Source: an uncultured Nitrososphaerota archaeon
Lineage (GTDB): Archaea; Thermoproteota; Nitrososphaeria; Nitrososphaerales; Gagatemarchaeaceae
Direction of reading: 5' to 3'
DNA length: 64,000 nucleotides
NCBI GenBank assembly: GCA_963703285.1
Contig: OY969807.1
Coordinates: 1,184,001 to 1,248,000 of the forward strand
Shown here: in pieces, positions 19,801 to 30,663 of the stretch
How the letters are laid out: each line of letters opens with the position of its first letter
Numbering within the stretch: position 1 is the stretch's first letter
Notes under the pieces: generated by a model
The model's database searches: none
Told to the model about the DNA's origin: nothing
Seen by the model: the letters and a program-made list of their open reading frames with translations, nothing else
Made by a program: the position numbers and the translations under genes

Positions 19801-21027
19801 TTATGGATAAGCTCTACGACCCTTTCTTCCCTTCGCGGCGAGCCCGCCGATTGCCAGAAAGAGCGCGGCGTTTGCGGCTAGTATCCCGACGAAGCTGAAC
19901 GAAATCGACGACGAACTACCCGAGCCGCTGCCGGAAGACGCCGAACTGGAGGACGAAGTGATTGAGGTCGTAGATGCGGTGGTACCTGTGGTGGTCGAGG
20001 TTGTCGGGGAAGGAGTGGATGCAATGGATGTGCTGGTTGCGATGGCCGAGTCCGAGATGACTGAGACGGTCCCCGAAACATAACAAGCGACGAAGAGCTC
20101 ACCCAGGCCAGAGTCATAGGCGATAGCTTCGGGCTCCCCCGCAATTGGCACGCTCGCGACGAGCTTGTCCTCGGCGACCGAAACAACCGACATGGTATTG
20201 TCGCCCGCGTTCACAGCAAACACCTCCGCTTTGGTAGGGTCGTAGGCCAGACCGGCCGGACTGCTCCCGACGGTCACGTTCGCGACCACTCGGTCGGTGT
20301 TGTCGAGTATCACCGAAAGGGTGTTCGATCCCTGGTTGCTCACGAAGACCTCCCCGCTTGCTTGATCGTAGACCAAGCCTGAGGGTGCGATGCCGACGGG
20401 GATGGTGGAAACCACGGTGTTGGTATCGTCGGATATGACGGAGACGGTGTTGGACGGAGACAGCGCGGCTCCCGGCGTGGCGACGAAGATCTCGCCCTTG
20501 TCGGAATCATAGACCATCCCTTCGGGTGCGCTTACTCCTGTCACGGTCGCCACTACCGCATCCGTCGTAGCCGATATCACCGAGACGGTGTTCGAACCTT
20601 CATTGCCGACGAACACCTCTCCCTTGGCCGAATCGAAGGCTATGCCTATGGGGCCGCTCTCCACCGGAACGCTCGCGACGACGGAATTGTTGGAGTCTGA
20701 TACCACCGAGACGGCGCTCCCGAACGTGTTGACCACCCACGCCTCACCCTGAGCCGGGTCGTACGCCACTCCCAAGGGACTCCTGACGCTGACGTTCGCC
20801 ACGACGGCGTTGGTGCTATCGGAGATGACCGAGACCGTGTTGGAGCCGTAGTTCGCCACGAAAAACTCTCCTTTGGCCGAGTCATAGGCGATGCCAGATG
20901 GTTGGTGTCCCACCGAAATGGAAACGGGTGCCGCGCGAACCTGAGAGGGCAGGAAAGCTGACAACAAGAAAAGAGTCGTGAACAGCAAGAGCACGGGTGT
21001 TGCGTAGCGGAGATGGCGCCGACGCAT
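19801..21027 (-). CDS. YVTN/YncE beta-propeller surface protein
   Basis: Signal peptide, repeats of P.G.AYD...GEVFV.N.GSNTVSVI, Ser/Thr linker, C-terminal TM. Confidence 0.9.
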   Translation of the reverse strand: MRRRHLRYATPVLLLFTTLFLLSAFLPSQVRAAPVSISVGHQPSGIAYDSAKGEFFVANYGSNTVSVISDSTNAVVANVSVRSPLGVAYDPAQGEAWVVNTFGSAVSVVSDSNNSVVASVPVESGPIGIAFDSAKGEVFVGNEGSNTVSVISATTDAVVATVTGVSAPEGMVYDSDKGEIFVATPGAALSPSNTVSVISDDTNTVVSTIPVGIAPSGLVYDQASGEVFVSNQGSNTLSVILDNTDRVVANVTVGSSPAGLAYDPTKAEVFAVNAGDNTMSVVSVAEDKLVASVPIAGEPEAIAYDSGLGELFVACYVSGTVSVISDSAIATSTSIASTPSPTTSTTTGTTASTTSITSSSSSASSGSGSGSSSSISFSFVGILAANAALFLAIGGLAAKGRKGRRAYP

Positions 21028-21181
21028 AGCCTTCGTACATCACGGCGGTCGGCCGACGACTTAAGTCTTTCAATGACAGCTCGGAAATTGCCGGTGAGTA
21101 CGAAGGGCAATGTCTGGAGATGGATGAAGTTGCTCGTCGAGGCATAGCCTGTTGCTAGGAGGAGAACTGTACTGTGGATGT

Positions 21182-21198
21182 AGGTGCGGTCGCCGGGA
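21182..21198 (-). repeat. att-like copy of tRNA-Gly 3' end (island boundary)
   Basis: Reverse complement TCCCGGCGACCGCACCT is identical to 47171-47187. Confidence 0.85.
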
Positions 21199-21665
21199 AT
21201 TTATGGCTTCGGGTTCAAATCTGTGACGCCGTGCGGTGAACCGCAAGCTTTCCAACACTCAGAAGCATCGGCAGGCTAAAGGACAAAATCTGCAGATGAC
21301 ATCGGAAAGCACCTACACCACATCATCCTAGAACACAGCGACGAGACTAGCCAGTTGGCTGAAGATTCTCCTGAAGATCCCGAAACCCGAGAGGGCCAGG
21401 GTGCTCCTCCAAGTGTGTTGGAGGGGTTGGCCTTATCATCGTGAAAGATGGATGGGCCGAAACACGTCTGCTGAAGCCACAATGCTAACCCATTGATGGG
21501 GTGTGTTGTGGTGGAGGACGTGTCGGGACCGTAGCAGTAAGTCAAATTCGCTCAGGTAATCCCGGGAAGCCGAACCCCCTAGCCAGGGTCGTTGATTCTG
21601 CTGCGCCTGTGAAGCGGCGCAATGAACTCTATGTGTAGTGATAATCCGTCTTGATGAACCTGTGC

Positions 21666-22451
21666 TCAAAACGTACTGCTCTTACTCTTCATGTACTTCA
21701 TCGCCATATCGACTGCATCTGATACGGCATTCAATGCCTCTTCTGGTTCTGGAACAGCATTCAAATCATGAGAATAGAAATTACGCGTTTTTCTGCTCGC
21801 TTTCAGGAAATTCTCCCTAAGGTTGGGGTCGAGTAGCTTTTTTTGGACCAAGTATTCGACCTTTTCCTCCTCCGTCCCACCATTCAGTTGCTCATTGACA
21901 TAATTAGCAGATTTCCCAGCAATCATCGCAGCCGCAAGGTAATGACCTAACTCATGTTCATCTATTGCCTTGCTTAGGTGCTTGAATAGCGGAGCGTCAA
22001 ATCCTTCTATCGGTGTTATTCGTTTGCGCTGTGATTCAAGAGTGTCAATCACTTCTTTTGGCACCGAAGTAACCAATCCCTTGAGATACCCTACAGCAGA
22101 GTCGCAGTTCACGATAAGTTTCATTATGGTTTGTTTCATGGGCCAGACGTAGGCCTTACCTTCCTTAATCTCGGGACCTAATACTTCTTCCAAGGCTGTC
22201 TCTCGAGTAATCGACTGAAAGGCGTCCCTCGAAGTCTGGTAGCTTTCCACGAGCGCTGGAAGCCGTCCCATGAGCTCCCATGTAATTCGGTCGAATTCAT
22301 GTTCTGATGGCGCCAACTTTATCGTAGTTTGCTCGTTGAGCTCACTAGCTCTAGATCTAATAGACTTGAACCTCTCCATGAGGGCGTAAACGGCCTCTGT
22401 TGACGTCATTAGTAACTTACCCTCGCGTTCCTCTCGTATTTCCACTTTCAT
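21666..22451 (-). CDS. HEPN (DUF4145-like) domain protein
   Basis: C-terminal AI..HE.GHY.AAAM..G and RNFYSH (Rx4H). Confidence 0.6.
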   Translation of the reverse strand: MKVEIREEREGKLLMTSTEAVYALMERFKSIRSRASELNEQTTIKLAPSEHEFDRITWELMGRLPALVESYQTSRDAFQSITRETALEEVLGPEIKEGKAYVWPMKQTIMKLIVNCDSAVGYLKGLVTSVPKEVIDTLESQRKRITPIEGFDAPLFKHLSKAIDEHELGHYLAAAMIAGKSANYVNEQLNGGTEEEKVEYLVQKKLLDPNLRENFLKASRKTRNFYSHDLNAVPEPEEALNAVSDAVDMAMKYMKSKSSTF

Positions 22452-22948
22452 AATGACCCGGTGGTATTTCAGATGGGTGGGGAGTATGATTCCATCGTAC
22501 CAAAGCCGTCAGAAAAGCCTACTTTCGTTATCAACTCAGAATAACTTGTACTAATCCTATCAAGTCAATACCAAAGGCGCAATGAACCCCGTGCCCCCCA
22601 CAGTCCTCCAGCATGCGGGCTCTCGACCAAATTCGGTCGACGCAGCTTGTGCGGTTATCTGCTGTGTAACTTTAACTGCGAGGCAAGCGATTCAGTTCTG
22701 TCGCAATTCAGAAGTCATCATTGGAGTCTTCATCGGACTCTTCGTCCCGTCCATCGGCATCGCCGTCCGCTTCATACTCGTCGTCTTCAGAATCTCCGAT
22801 GTCGAGCGACATGATACCAAGGGCTGCATGGAGTTGTTCCATTGAGTTTTCGGGACATGCCGGGAAGCGGCGGAAAGCGATGCCGCGCATTAGGAGGCGC
22901 GGTAGAAGCAGTCAATTCATTAATGACCACGAACCAAGAAGGTTCAAC

Positions 22949-24343
22949 ATGTCATGGCCTGAGGTCAGCACCGCCATTGAAGCGCTGGGGGGCTCATTCA
23001 ACTCCGTAGACCTACGGATTGCTGCTGTCAAGAGAGAACAATGGACTCCGGTTTTGTCCTCCGTCTATTTCTCAAACGAGCCCCCCGCCAAGGTTACCGA
23101 GGAGCACGATTCTATCCGAAAGCGAATGAAGAACTTCGTCACGAAGGAGTTCGCATTCTTCTTCCAGAGTTACCCGTACGAAGAATGGGCGCAGGTGGCA
23201 GGGAAATTTGCCGAAGGGAACATCGATATTGAATCTTCTAATTTGTTAGGTGAGAAAGTAGACCTGTTGAAGCTCTCGGTCCTCCCACGCCCGATGTACT
23301 TGGCAGCAAGGGGTTGGCCTGTGGTGGGGGCGGAGTGGTCGCTGGCAGGGCAGCAGGCCACAAACCAGTTCCTTGGTGAACTGCAGAAGCTTAGAGGCGG
23401 TGCCCTTGTAATGGGCTACGACGATGAGTACCAACTGATCAGCGACGTACTACAGGTCAAAGACTTCACGAACATGGCAAGGCGGTATGTGGTTATTGGC
23501 ATTCCCATCTACGCGAGTATCTCTGAGGTGGTCCCGCAGAGCGACCTCATCTCAGTGACAGTCAGAAGACATACCGGGCTCCGCGATCTCCAGCTCAACT
23601 TTAACGTCTTGGACCCAGACCTGAGGACAGGCAACTATGAGGTACTGTCGAGGCTCACGCGACGTGTGAAGAACGTTACGGCTACCCGTACTGAGTTTGA
23701 AGACACAACAATCACCTATCGTTTTGGCCGTATGCAGGTGGACCTTGTCCAGGTGAGGCTATTGCACAGGGCGATTCCCTTGATCGACATAGGTCTAGAC
23801 CGAGTCACAATACCTCCTCGGAAACCCACGGAGCCATTGACCGTTGCTCTGTCGGCGTTCTGCTCATTAGAAACGCTCAGGGAACAGTTGACATCTCCAG
23901 AGACTCATGAGGAGAAATCTGTGAAGGCCGGGCGAGTTTTCGAGGGAGCTGTCGCGTGGCTACTAGCGCTCCATGGCTATTCGGTAGTACGCCTCGAGGG
24001 GAGGAACGAGCAACTCAGGGTTCCGCCATCAGAGTATGAGATAGGCGCTTTGGATATTCTGGCCCACAAGCCAAGGAAGCTATTCCTTGTCGAATGCGAC
24101 ACCTCAATCCCGGATGAGAAGAAAATACACGCGATTCTCGCCGTGAAGGACCGCCTACAAAGAATCCTCCCAAGGCAGGCCCGGTTCACGTTCGAAGCAG
24201 TCGTCTTTACCCCAAGGGATGTTGGGCAATTCGAAAGCTTTGGGGTTCCGATCGCGGATAGGAGGAGCATCTTGGCCTTGTTCAATGGGGTGTTGAAAGG
24301 TAGGGAATTAGAGCTGGAGAATTGCTTGGCTCCTTATTTGTAA
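22949..24343 (+). CDS. Hypothetical protein with C-terminal PD-(D/E)xK-like nuclease domain
   Basis: FEGAVAWLL...GYSV...LDILA......LVEC (Lys position is Asp). Confidence 0.6.
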   Translation: MSWPEVSTAIEALGGSFNSVDLRIAAVKREQWTPVLSSVYFSNEPPAKVTEEHDSIRKRMKNFVTKEFAFFFQSYPYEEWAQVAGKFAEGNIDIESSNLLGEKVDLLKLSVLPRPMYLAARGWPVVGAEWSLAGQQATNQFLGELQKLRGGALVMGYDDEYQLISDVLQVKDFTNMARRYVVIGIPIYASISEVVPQSDLISVTVRRHTGLRDLQLNFNVLDPDLRTGNYEVLSRLTRRVKNVTATRTEFEDTTITYRFGRMQVDLVQVRLLHRAIPLIDIGLDRVTIPPRKPTEPLTVALSAFCSLETLREQLTSPETHEEKSVKAGRVFEGAVAWLLALHGYSVVRLEGRNEQLRVPPSEYEIGALDILAHKPRKLFLVECDTSIPDEKKIHAILAVKDRLQRILPRQARFTFEAVVFTPRDVGQFESFGVPIADRRSILALFNGVLKGRELELENCLAPYL

Positions 24344-24661
24344 AAGCCTTTCATCGCACTTCTAAGATGTGAGCAGTGCGCGGTATTTGATCTATGCTCG
24401 ATACTCACTCTCGTTTTAAGCCCTAGATGACCTGTTTCGCAGTTTCAAGCGGAAGGGCATCTCGAAGGTCATTGGCACCTCGTTCTTCGCTCTCACATTC
24501 CTCACGACTATCGGGGGCCCGATAACCAACAAATTACTACCACACCAATTCTGGGTTGATTGATCCCCCTTCCCCTCGGAACGCTTGCCCTCCAGTGTCT
24601 CCTGCCTGCCAGCCGGCTATCCCCGGCCAGCTAAGTCGTCTCCGCGTTGCTCTACGGCCAC

Positions 24662-25009
24662 TCAGCACGTCACGTGTAGGATGGCATTTGTTCCGCGAGG
24701 ATTTTTCCTCAACTCCTCGATGGCTTCCACTGTCGGCAGGATGACCAAGTTGATCTTGCGGCGTCGGGCTTCGCGCTTCACTTCTTGCATGACCGGCAAC
24801 GCTCCCGTCCCGGTACCGATTACCAGCCGCCTGCACTTCCAAGGTATCTTCTCCTTGATGGATAACGGCGTGTGTCCAAAGGCATCACGAAATTTCTTGG
24901 ATGGTTTCTTCTTACGCCTGCGGACTCGCCCGCTATCGATTACGACGTCGTGCTCGTAGGTAACCCCGTCAATGCGGATAGAGCCAAAGGAAAACGCTTC
25001 GAAGCGCAT
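24662..25009 (-). CDS. Mth938-like (DUF498) protein
   Basis: FGSIRIDG.TYEHDVVI, GHTPLS, LVIGTG, LHVTC. Confidence 0.88.
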   Translation of the reverse strand: MRFEAFSFGSIRIDGVTYEHDVVIDSGRVRRRKKKPSKKFRDAFGHTPLSIKEKIPWKCRRLVIGTGTGALPVMQEVKREARRRKINLVILPTVEAIEELRKNPRGTNAILHVTC

Positions 25010-25514
25010 TACTACACTTCCCACCGGTATTGTGCTTTGGGCGAATCATTACTATAAAGACTGTGAGCCGCAGATAATATGGCATACACGATTGAGGTTG
25101 ACAGGAATACGACGCATTTCCTCAGACAACATGGAACGAATTTACGGACATGGTTCTTGGTTGACTGCCAGCAAAAAAAGGCGGCACCCCTCGCGAGCAC
25201 GTCGGTAGGGTCGTCCACCATGAACGCGGAGGATACGCTGCTCTGTACCCCCGGTGCAAAACACCAGAGTTCAGAGTTCCCTTGTGTCATGTGGCATCGC
25301 GCCAGTGAATGCGGGTATTCTTCCTCTTTCTCCTGTCTTTTTTAAATTTTTTCCGAGGACCTAACCAACCTCCGGCTCCTTAGCACCACGCTTCGAGACC
25401 CGGACCCCGGACCGGTTCGGACCTCCATTGTCCTGCGGCTTCTAATAATACTCTACCCTGTATCAACACCCACTTCTTGCGACTGAATGGACCTTCGAGG
25501 GCTTGATTGGCGCT

Positions 25515-25760
25515 TCACTCCTCGATGTCCCTTATCGGCACCTTGGAGAACATCGCGCGGATCTTCTTCAGCAACCCAGTGGATGGTTCCCTTGCGAACA
25601 ACAGTTCCGCCTTCCTGAGCACGACCGCGTCCTCGGTCGCCATGACGATCATCCTGGTTCCGGGCGTCAGGTCCAGCTTCTCCCTGATATTGAGAGGGAT
25701 CTGCACCAGCCCCTTCTCGGAGACCTTCGTGACTGCTACGATCGGGTCATCTGGCTTTGG
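25515..25760 (-). CDS. AbrB/MazE/SpoVT DNA-binding protein; start codon unclear or lost
   Basis: TKVSEKGLVQIP..IREKL.L.PG. Confidence 0.8.
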   Translation of the reverse strand, partial: PKPDDPIVAVTKVSEKGLVQIPLNIREKLDLTPGTRMIVMATEDAVVLRKAELLFAREPSTGLLKKIRAMFSKVPIRDIEE

Positions 25761-26415
25761 GGTGCTCTCGCGGTCTCGTATCGTATCTTTAACCTGTTAC
25801 CTCAACGGGCGACAATCTCGAATCTGTTAGACCAATATGTCGAGTTCTAACCTCCAAGTATATCCTAAATTCGAAGTAATCAGAGGCACGATTGAATCCA
25901 GTTTAATCGTAGAGATAAACTAAAAGAAATCGGGGGACCACACTAGAACTTAACGGTAGACTCTACTTGGGTGCGCAATCCTTGTGATAACTTTTCTTCA
26001 TCAGAAACCCTTTCTTTACTTCTTGCCCCGCAGGAATTTCTTTTCCGCATTTTGCACAGTTAACCATCCTAACCATTTCGTATTAAGAGGATAGCTTGTA
26101 TTAAATCTGCTCATTAGCGCCTAATCGGGTTCTTGAGAGAACCTGTCTTGATCAAGCTCTCGGCTTTATTGAAAGGCAACGTTTCTCCTTCCTGTGAACA
26201 GCATGCAATTCTGCACCACTTCAACGCGAACTGCATCATCCAGCATCGTGCATCCCTCTGTCAACCCAGGCAGCGGCCTCGCACTCATCGAAGGTCAAAC
26301 TTCGTATCCGTCTCAGAAAGTAACTTGTCACTGACATGCTAGTCACCACGGTGACAGGTCAGTCGGCGACATTCGGCTTAAGGAAGAGTTACCAGTATTG
26401 GACACCGAGTCAGAT

Positions 26416-27063
26416 ATGTCGCAATTCGCAAGCAAGTGGGAGAAATCCAACGGCAGTGGATTCACTGGAAGAGTACGAGGTTCCGTTCAGAACCCGGGTC
26501 CTCTGAAGCCGAGGTTGGACCTGGCAGTACGACAGATTCAAGTTCAAGTCGCAAAGCTCGACGGAACGTGCGCAAAACTTAGGGAGAGAGACGCCTCGAT
26601 CTTCAGCAAGGTCGTGTCATCCATGCAGAAGCACGATTCGCAGCATGCTGCAGTCTACGCGAATGAACTCGCGGAGATAAGGAAGATGAGCAGGATGGTC
26701 ACCCAAGCCAAACTGGCTCTTGAGCAGATAACCCTGAGACTGAACACCGTCACCGAACTGGGCGACATCGTTGTGACTCTCACTCCTGCAATGTCGGTGA
26801 TTCGCAGCGTAAGGCAGGGACTGGTGAGCGTCCTGCCGGAGGCAGAAGGCGAGATTGGCGAGATCTCAGGCCTCCTGAGCAGTGTCCTAGTCGATGCTGG
26901 TTCGGTGGGTGGATACTCGCTGGACTTCGCGGCCGCTAACGAGGATGCAGAAAAGGTCCTTGCAGAGGCTGCGGCAGTTGCCGAAAGCAGGATGAAGGAG
27001 AAATTCCCTGAGATCCCCTCTGGGCTCCCCTCGATGGAAGAATCGACGGAAAGCACGGCGTAA
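26416..27063 (+). CDS. cdvB: ESCRT-III/Snf7 protein, CdvB paralogue lacking the C-terminal wH domain
   Basis: PLKPRL..A.RQIQ.QV.KLD, YANELAEIRKM, ALEQI.LRL.TV.ELGDIVVTL.PAM. Confidence 0.92.
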   Translation: MSQFASKWEKSNGSGFTGRVRGSVQNPGPLKPRLDLAVRQIQVQVAKLDGTCAKLRERDASIFSKVVSSMQKHDSQHAAVYANELAEIRKMSRMVTQAKLALEQITLRLNTVTELGDIVVTLTPAMSVIRSVRQGLVSVLPEAEGEIGEISGLLSSVLVDAGSVGGYSLDFAAANEDAEKVLAEAAAVAESRMKEKFPEIPSGLPSMEESTESTA

Positions 27064-27264
27064 CAACAAGAACGGTAAACCCGAGGGGCCTGGACCCGCG
27101 AAAGCGGGGACCTCCCCTCACCGCTCTCTTTCTCAGACGCGATTACCAATGCGAAGGGAATCTGGCTCGTGGGCGGTAATGATTTGTTCCATCTTTAGTT
27201 TAGTTACCTGGATTCGGCCGCTGGCACGGGGAAATGTCAAGCGGCAGAGGAGTGAGTGATTGCG

Positions 27265-28476
27265 GTGAGCTTCCTAGCGGCAAGAGAACTCGAGGAAGAT
27301 GCGAGGAAGTATGCCAGCGAAGCCATCCATTTCGACTCCCAGGGGGCCCACGGCACGGCGATTCAGATGTACCAGAAGGCAATCTCCGCACTGATTACGC
27401 TCGTCCGTCTATATCCTGATTACAAACTTAACAGGTACTACCTGGACAAGGCGGGAATCTATCAGGAGAGGGTGAAGGCCATCCAGCAGGCCCACGGTCT
27501 TCTCCCGCAGGACACACCGGCCGAGGGGGCAACCTTTCCAGTGTTCGCACCGAGCGCAGGCGGAGACGGCTCAGGCGACCAACAGATGGTTCCGCAACTC
27601 AAGGCCTCGTTCCACGAGTTGGTGATGAAAGAGAAGCCCAACGTAACGTGGGACGATGTCATCGGGCTGGACGACGCCAAGAGGGCAATTCGAGAGTCAA
27701 TCGTCTTCCCGTTCGAGAGGCCCGACCTCTTCCCTCTGGGCTGGCCGCGTGGAATCCTGCTTTATGGGCCTCCGGGCTGCGGGAAAACCATGCTCGCAGC
27801 TGCCACTGCAGCCGAGATAGACGGTTATTTCATCTCGATCGACGCGGCAACAATAATGTCAAAGTGGCTTGGAGAGGCCGAGAAGAACGTCGCGAAGCTC
27901 TTCACCGAGGCAAGGAAGCTGCTTGACAAGGGCAACCCGGTGATCATCTTCATTGATGAGCTCGATTCCCTCCTGGGAACTCGATCGAACGAAGTGGGAG
28001 GGGAGAGCAGGGTCAGGAACCAGTTCCTGAAGGAGATGGATGGAATCCAGGACAAGGGAAAGAACGTGCACCTTTACACCGTTGGAGCCACCAACAAACC
28101 ATGGTCGCTCGACTGGCCCTTCCTGCGCAGGTTCGAGAAGAGGATCTACATCCCGCTTCCGAACTTCGACGGTAGAATCTCCATGTTCAAGGAGTACACC
28201 GCCCCGATAAACGTGGACGGCGGCATAAACTTGGATGACCTCTCGAAAATCTCTGAGGGCTATTCCGGTTCCGACATGCGAGACATCTGCCAGGGAGGGC
28301 AGCTGAGAGTGGTCCGTGAACTCTTCGAGAGCGGGAAGGCCCTCGACAAGAGCGTTCAGCCCAGGCCAATCATGATGAACGACTTTAAGGAGATAATGAA
28401 GGTTCGCAGGCCGAGTGTCTCGCCAGAAATGCTACGTGCGTACGCGAACTGGGCGGAGCAGTACAAGGCCCTGTAG
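27265..28476 (+). CDS. cdvC: Vps4/CdvC AAA ATPase with MIT domain
   Basis: MIT (YASEAI..D.QG), RPDLFPLGWPRGILLYGPPGCGKT, SKWLGEAEK, FLRRFEKR. Confidence 0.95.
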   Translation: MSFLAARELEEDARKYASEAIHFDSQGAHGTAIQMYQKAISALITLVRLYPDYKLNRYYLDKAGIYQERVKAIQQAHGLLPQDTPAEGATFPVFAPSAGGDGSGDQQMVPQLKASFHELVMKEKPNVTWDDVIGLDDAKRAIRESIVFPFERPDLFPLGWPRGILLYGPPGCGKTMLAAATAAEIDGYFISIDAATIMSKWLGEAEKNVAKLFTEARKLLDKGNPVIIFIDELDSLLGTRSNEVGGESRVRNQFLKEMDGIQDKGKNVHLYTVGATNKPWSLDWPFLRRFEKRIYIPLPNFDGRISMFKEYTAPINVDGGINLDDLSKISEGYSGSDMRDICQGGQLRVVRELFESGKALDKSVQPRPIMMNDFKEIMKVRRPSVSPEMLRAYANWAEQYKAL

Positions 28477-28982
28477 ACTTCGACCTTCAAGACGCCCACA
28501 GCGCGGCGAGGCTCTGGATGAGATTAACTTCCATTGAGTTAATTCGACTCGGAACAGAAGGATGCTCCACTATCTACTTACTTTTCCACAATTTATCTAT
28601 TCCATCATCGCTTCTCGAACCGTGTCTTACAGTAGTTGATACGGCGTAATGGGCCGGAATGGCCCCGATAACTTTTCGGGTCATACAACGCTTCATCGGC
28701 GCACAAGATGCATCTCAAACGATCCTCAAACCTTGAAGAGCGATCAGAATACTGTCCTGCCATGACCTAGAGGTTGTATGCAAGAATCTTAAGTGCGGAG
28801 CTGAGGACACTTCCGAATCGCAAACCGACGAGAAATCATGCAGAATCGAAATGATAGGCAGCGTTTCCGAAAGACATCGTGTGCGGCAAGTACCTTGTAC
28901 AACAAGGAGGACTACTTCAGCAGGTAGTCTTGCGACCCATACTCGAAGACATAATTATGGCGCTACGACCTCGTCGCCGAAG

Positions 28983-29144
28983 ATGTCTGATTACGCGTCA
29001 GGAGAAGAGAAACTGAGGAAGCTATACGACCAAGCGCGCGTACAAGGAAATAAGAAGAAGAAAAAGGAATACAAGGAAAAGATTGCCGAACTAAACCGAC
29101 TCCGCAAGTCCGATCAGCGAGAAAGTAATAGATCGAAAAGCTAG
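28983..29144 (+). CDS. Small basic coiled-coil protein
   Basis: 53-aa Lys-rich ORF, AT-rich box ~25 nt upstream. Confidence 0.45.
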   Translation: MSDYASGEEKLRKLYDQARVQGNKKKKKEYKEKIAELNRLRKSDQRESNRSKS

Positions 29145-29304
29145 GGTTTCCTGGCACTTTTCTTCTTTCGTTAGTTCAGAATCAAGGTGGTGTGAAGTCT
29201 GCGGTTGATGTATGCGCAGAGGATACGCTCGACCAACCGAAGATTTGACTGAGCTGCTTGGCTGACTGCAAACAATTTAAGCAAGGGTGGAGATCTTCAG
29301 CTAC

Positions 29305-29361
29305 ATGGCGAAGTCGAAGACGGTCAAGAAGAAGGCCGTCAAGAAAAAGACAACAGCATAA
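29305..29361 (+). CDS. 18-aa lysine-rich peptide MAKSKTVKKKAVKKKTTA
   Basis: ATG ~25 nt after TTTAAG box; Lys/Ala/Thr composition. Confidence 0.4.
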   Translation: MAKSKTVKKKAVKKKTTA

Positions 29362-29554
29362 GGCGGCCCCGGCCTCGCCTCAACCTGCAACCAAACAAGG
29401 CCCTCCTCAGGCGAGTGCAACGACATCCCGGGGTTGAGAGCAGAGGGGTCCGCCTCCTGCTTTTGTTAGCTAGAAGAAGCGGCATAGGTCAGCTAATCGA
29501 ACTGAATATGGCTGAAGAACAGGGCATGCTGGAGTCAGGAATTGGTTAAATCCG

Positions 29555-29863
29555 CTATTCTTCCAGATGCATCTGAACCACTCGGTCCACCTGCTTCCCC
29601 GCCTTGGTCATCTTGAACTCTATCAAAAATATGGCTTTACGCACAGGAATTGAGTGGTGAGAAGTCGTACGTACTTCGCGCTCCGTCTCTCCTCGATATG
29701 TCACCTTGACCCCCTGCTTGGTCTTAGTCTTGCCCTTCGACCTTACGGCTGCTAGACAGAGATCGTAGAGGGTTCCTTTCGAAAAACCCAGTCTTTGATC
29801 AAGATATTCGAGGTAGCCCTTCGAACCGAGGTGTCCCTCCATTGCGCCGGAGCGGAGACTCAA
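29555..29863 (-). CDS. Hypothetical protein
   Basis: 102-aa ORF, no motif recognised. Confidence 0.4.
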   Translation of the reverse strand: MSLRSGAMEGHLGSKGYLEYLDQRLGFSKGTLYDLCLAAVRSKGKTKTKQGVKVTYRGETEREVRTTSHHSIPVRKAIFLIEFKMTKAGKQVDRVVQMHLEE

Positions 29864-29885
29864 TTACTCCACCCGACCTTGCCAA

Positions 29886-30145
29886 TCAGTTCAGGCTCAC
29901 TTCTGAACTTCGAGAGACTAGTTGGCCGTTGGCGGACCCGTTGCCAGCTTCAGTGACCTTGACTTTCAAGCGTTCACCCGCTATGGCTCCCGCGACGAAT
30001 GTGCCATGACCCTGAACTCCGGCTACTCCCATCGGCCGTCGCTTATTTCAGAGAGCGAAACGTCATACACGCTGCCTACCCCAACGGGCTTCGCTCGACC
30101 AACCCCAAAGTCACCACGGTCATATCGTCCATGCCTGTAGCCCGT
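29886..30145 (-). pseudogene. Decayed single-TRAM RNA-binding protein
   Basis: KPVGVGSVYDVSLSEIS / GVAGVQG..TFVAG...GERLKVKVTE.G in two frames; ACG at the start position. Confidence 0.65.
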
Positions 30146-30342
30146 TATGTTTCGACACCTACAGTCTGATTTTTGAGCATGAGCATATCAACATTTTCCT
30201 CCTGCGTGACGTGAACCGATCTCACATAGACGATTATTTCATTACGCTCATGTGACTGATTAGTAGGATGAATCCGATTTACCAGATTGTCACCGATTGT
30301 TGTCTTTTTCGTTGATAGGCGCATCGTAGCCATCGACGTTTC

Positions 30343-30663
30343 ATGGACGTCCCGCTCCCAATGTGCGAAGACTGCCACGTCTCGATGAAGGTGCTTGATC
30401 TTCGGGTCGCGACGAATGAAGAAACCTGCGAGGGGTACGGTCTGGCCCTGATGGAGTGCCCCTCGTGCCTCGCTCAGGAGGAGAGAAGGGTTGCTCTCTT
30501 CGAAGACGCCCTACTGGTGGCGGCCAAGAGGATCGACCGCGTGAGGAAGTTCGTCGAGGAGTTCGGCCTCGTTGCGACGTTCGAGCCCAAAGAGAGCGAC
30601 CGCCCTCGCCGCCCTGTCCATCGCACGAGTCCTCCTGAGGAACTGGTACTGAGAGCAGTATAG
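30343..30663 (+). CDS. IS passenger CxxC..CxxC protein, antisense to the transposase 3' end
   Basis: CEDC...CPSC; inside the TIRs of both copies. Confidence 0.5.
   Translation: MDVPLPMCEDCHVSMKVLDLRVATNEETCEGYGLALMECPSCLAQEERRVALFEDALLVAAKRIDRVRKFVEEFGLVATFEPKESDRPRRPVHRTSPPEELVLRAV

Larger units (their letters stand above)
21182..30244. mobile_element. tRNA-Gly-integrated island, left arm
   Basis: att repeat at left end, more AT-rich and gene-sparse than flanks; linked to 47171-59356 by swapped IS TSDs. Confidence 0.7.

Noticed and set aside
21209-21222. GGGTTCAAATC as a further tRNA
   Set aside because: T-loop-like only; no stem partner or cloverleaf
25850-26320. Replication origin in an AT-rich gap
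   Set aside because: No ORB-like repeats and no adjacent orc1/cdc6
27140-27256. Remnant of a canonical cdvB C-terminus before cdvC
   Set aside because: Too short and degenerate to support
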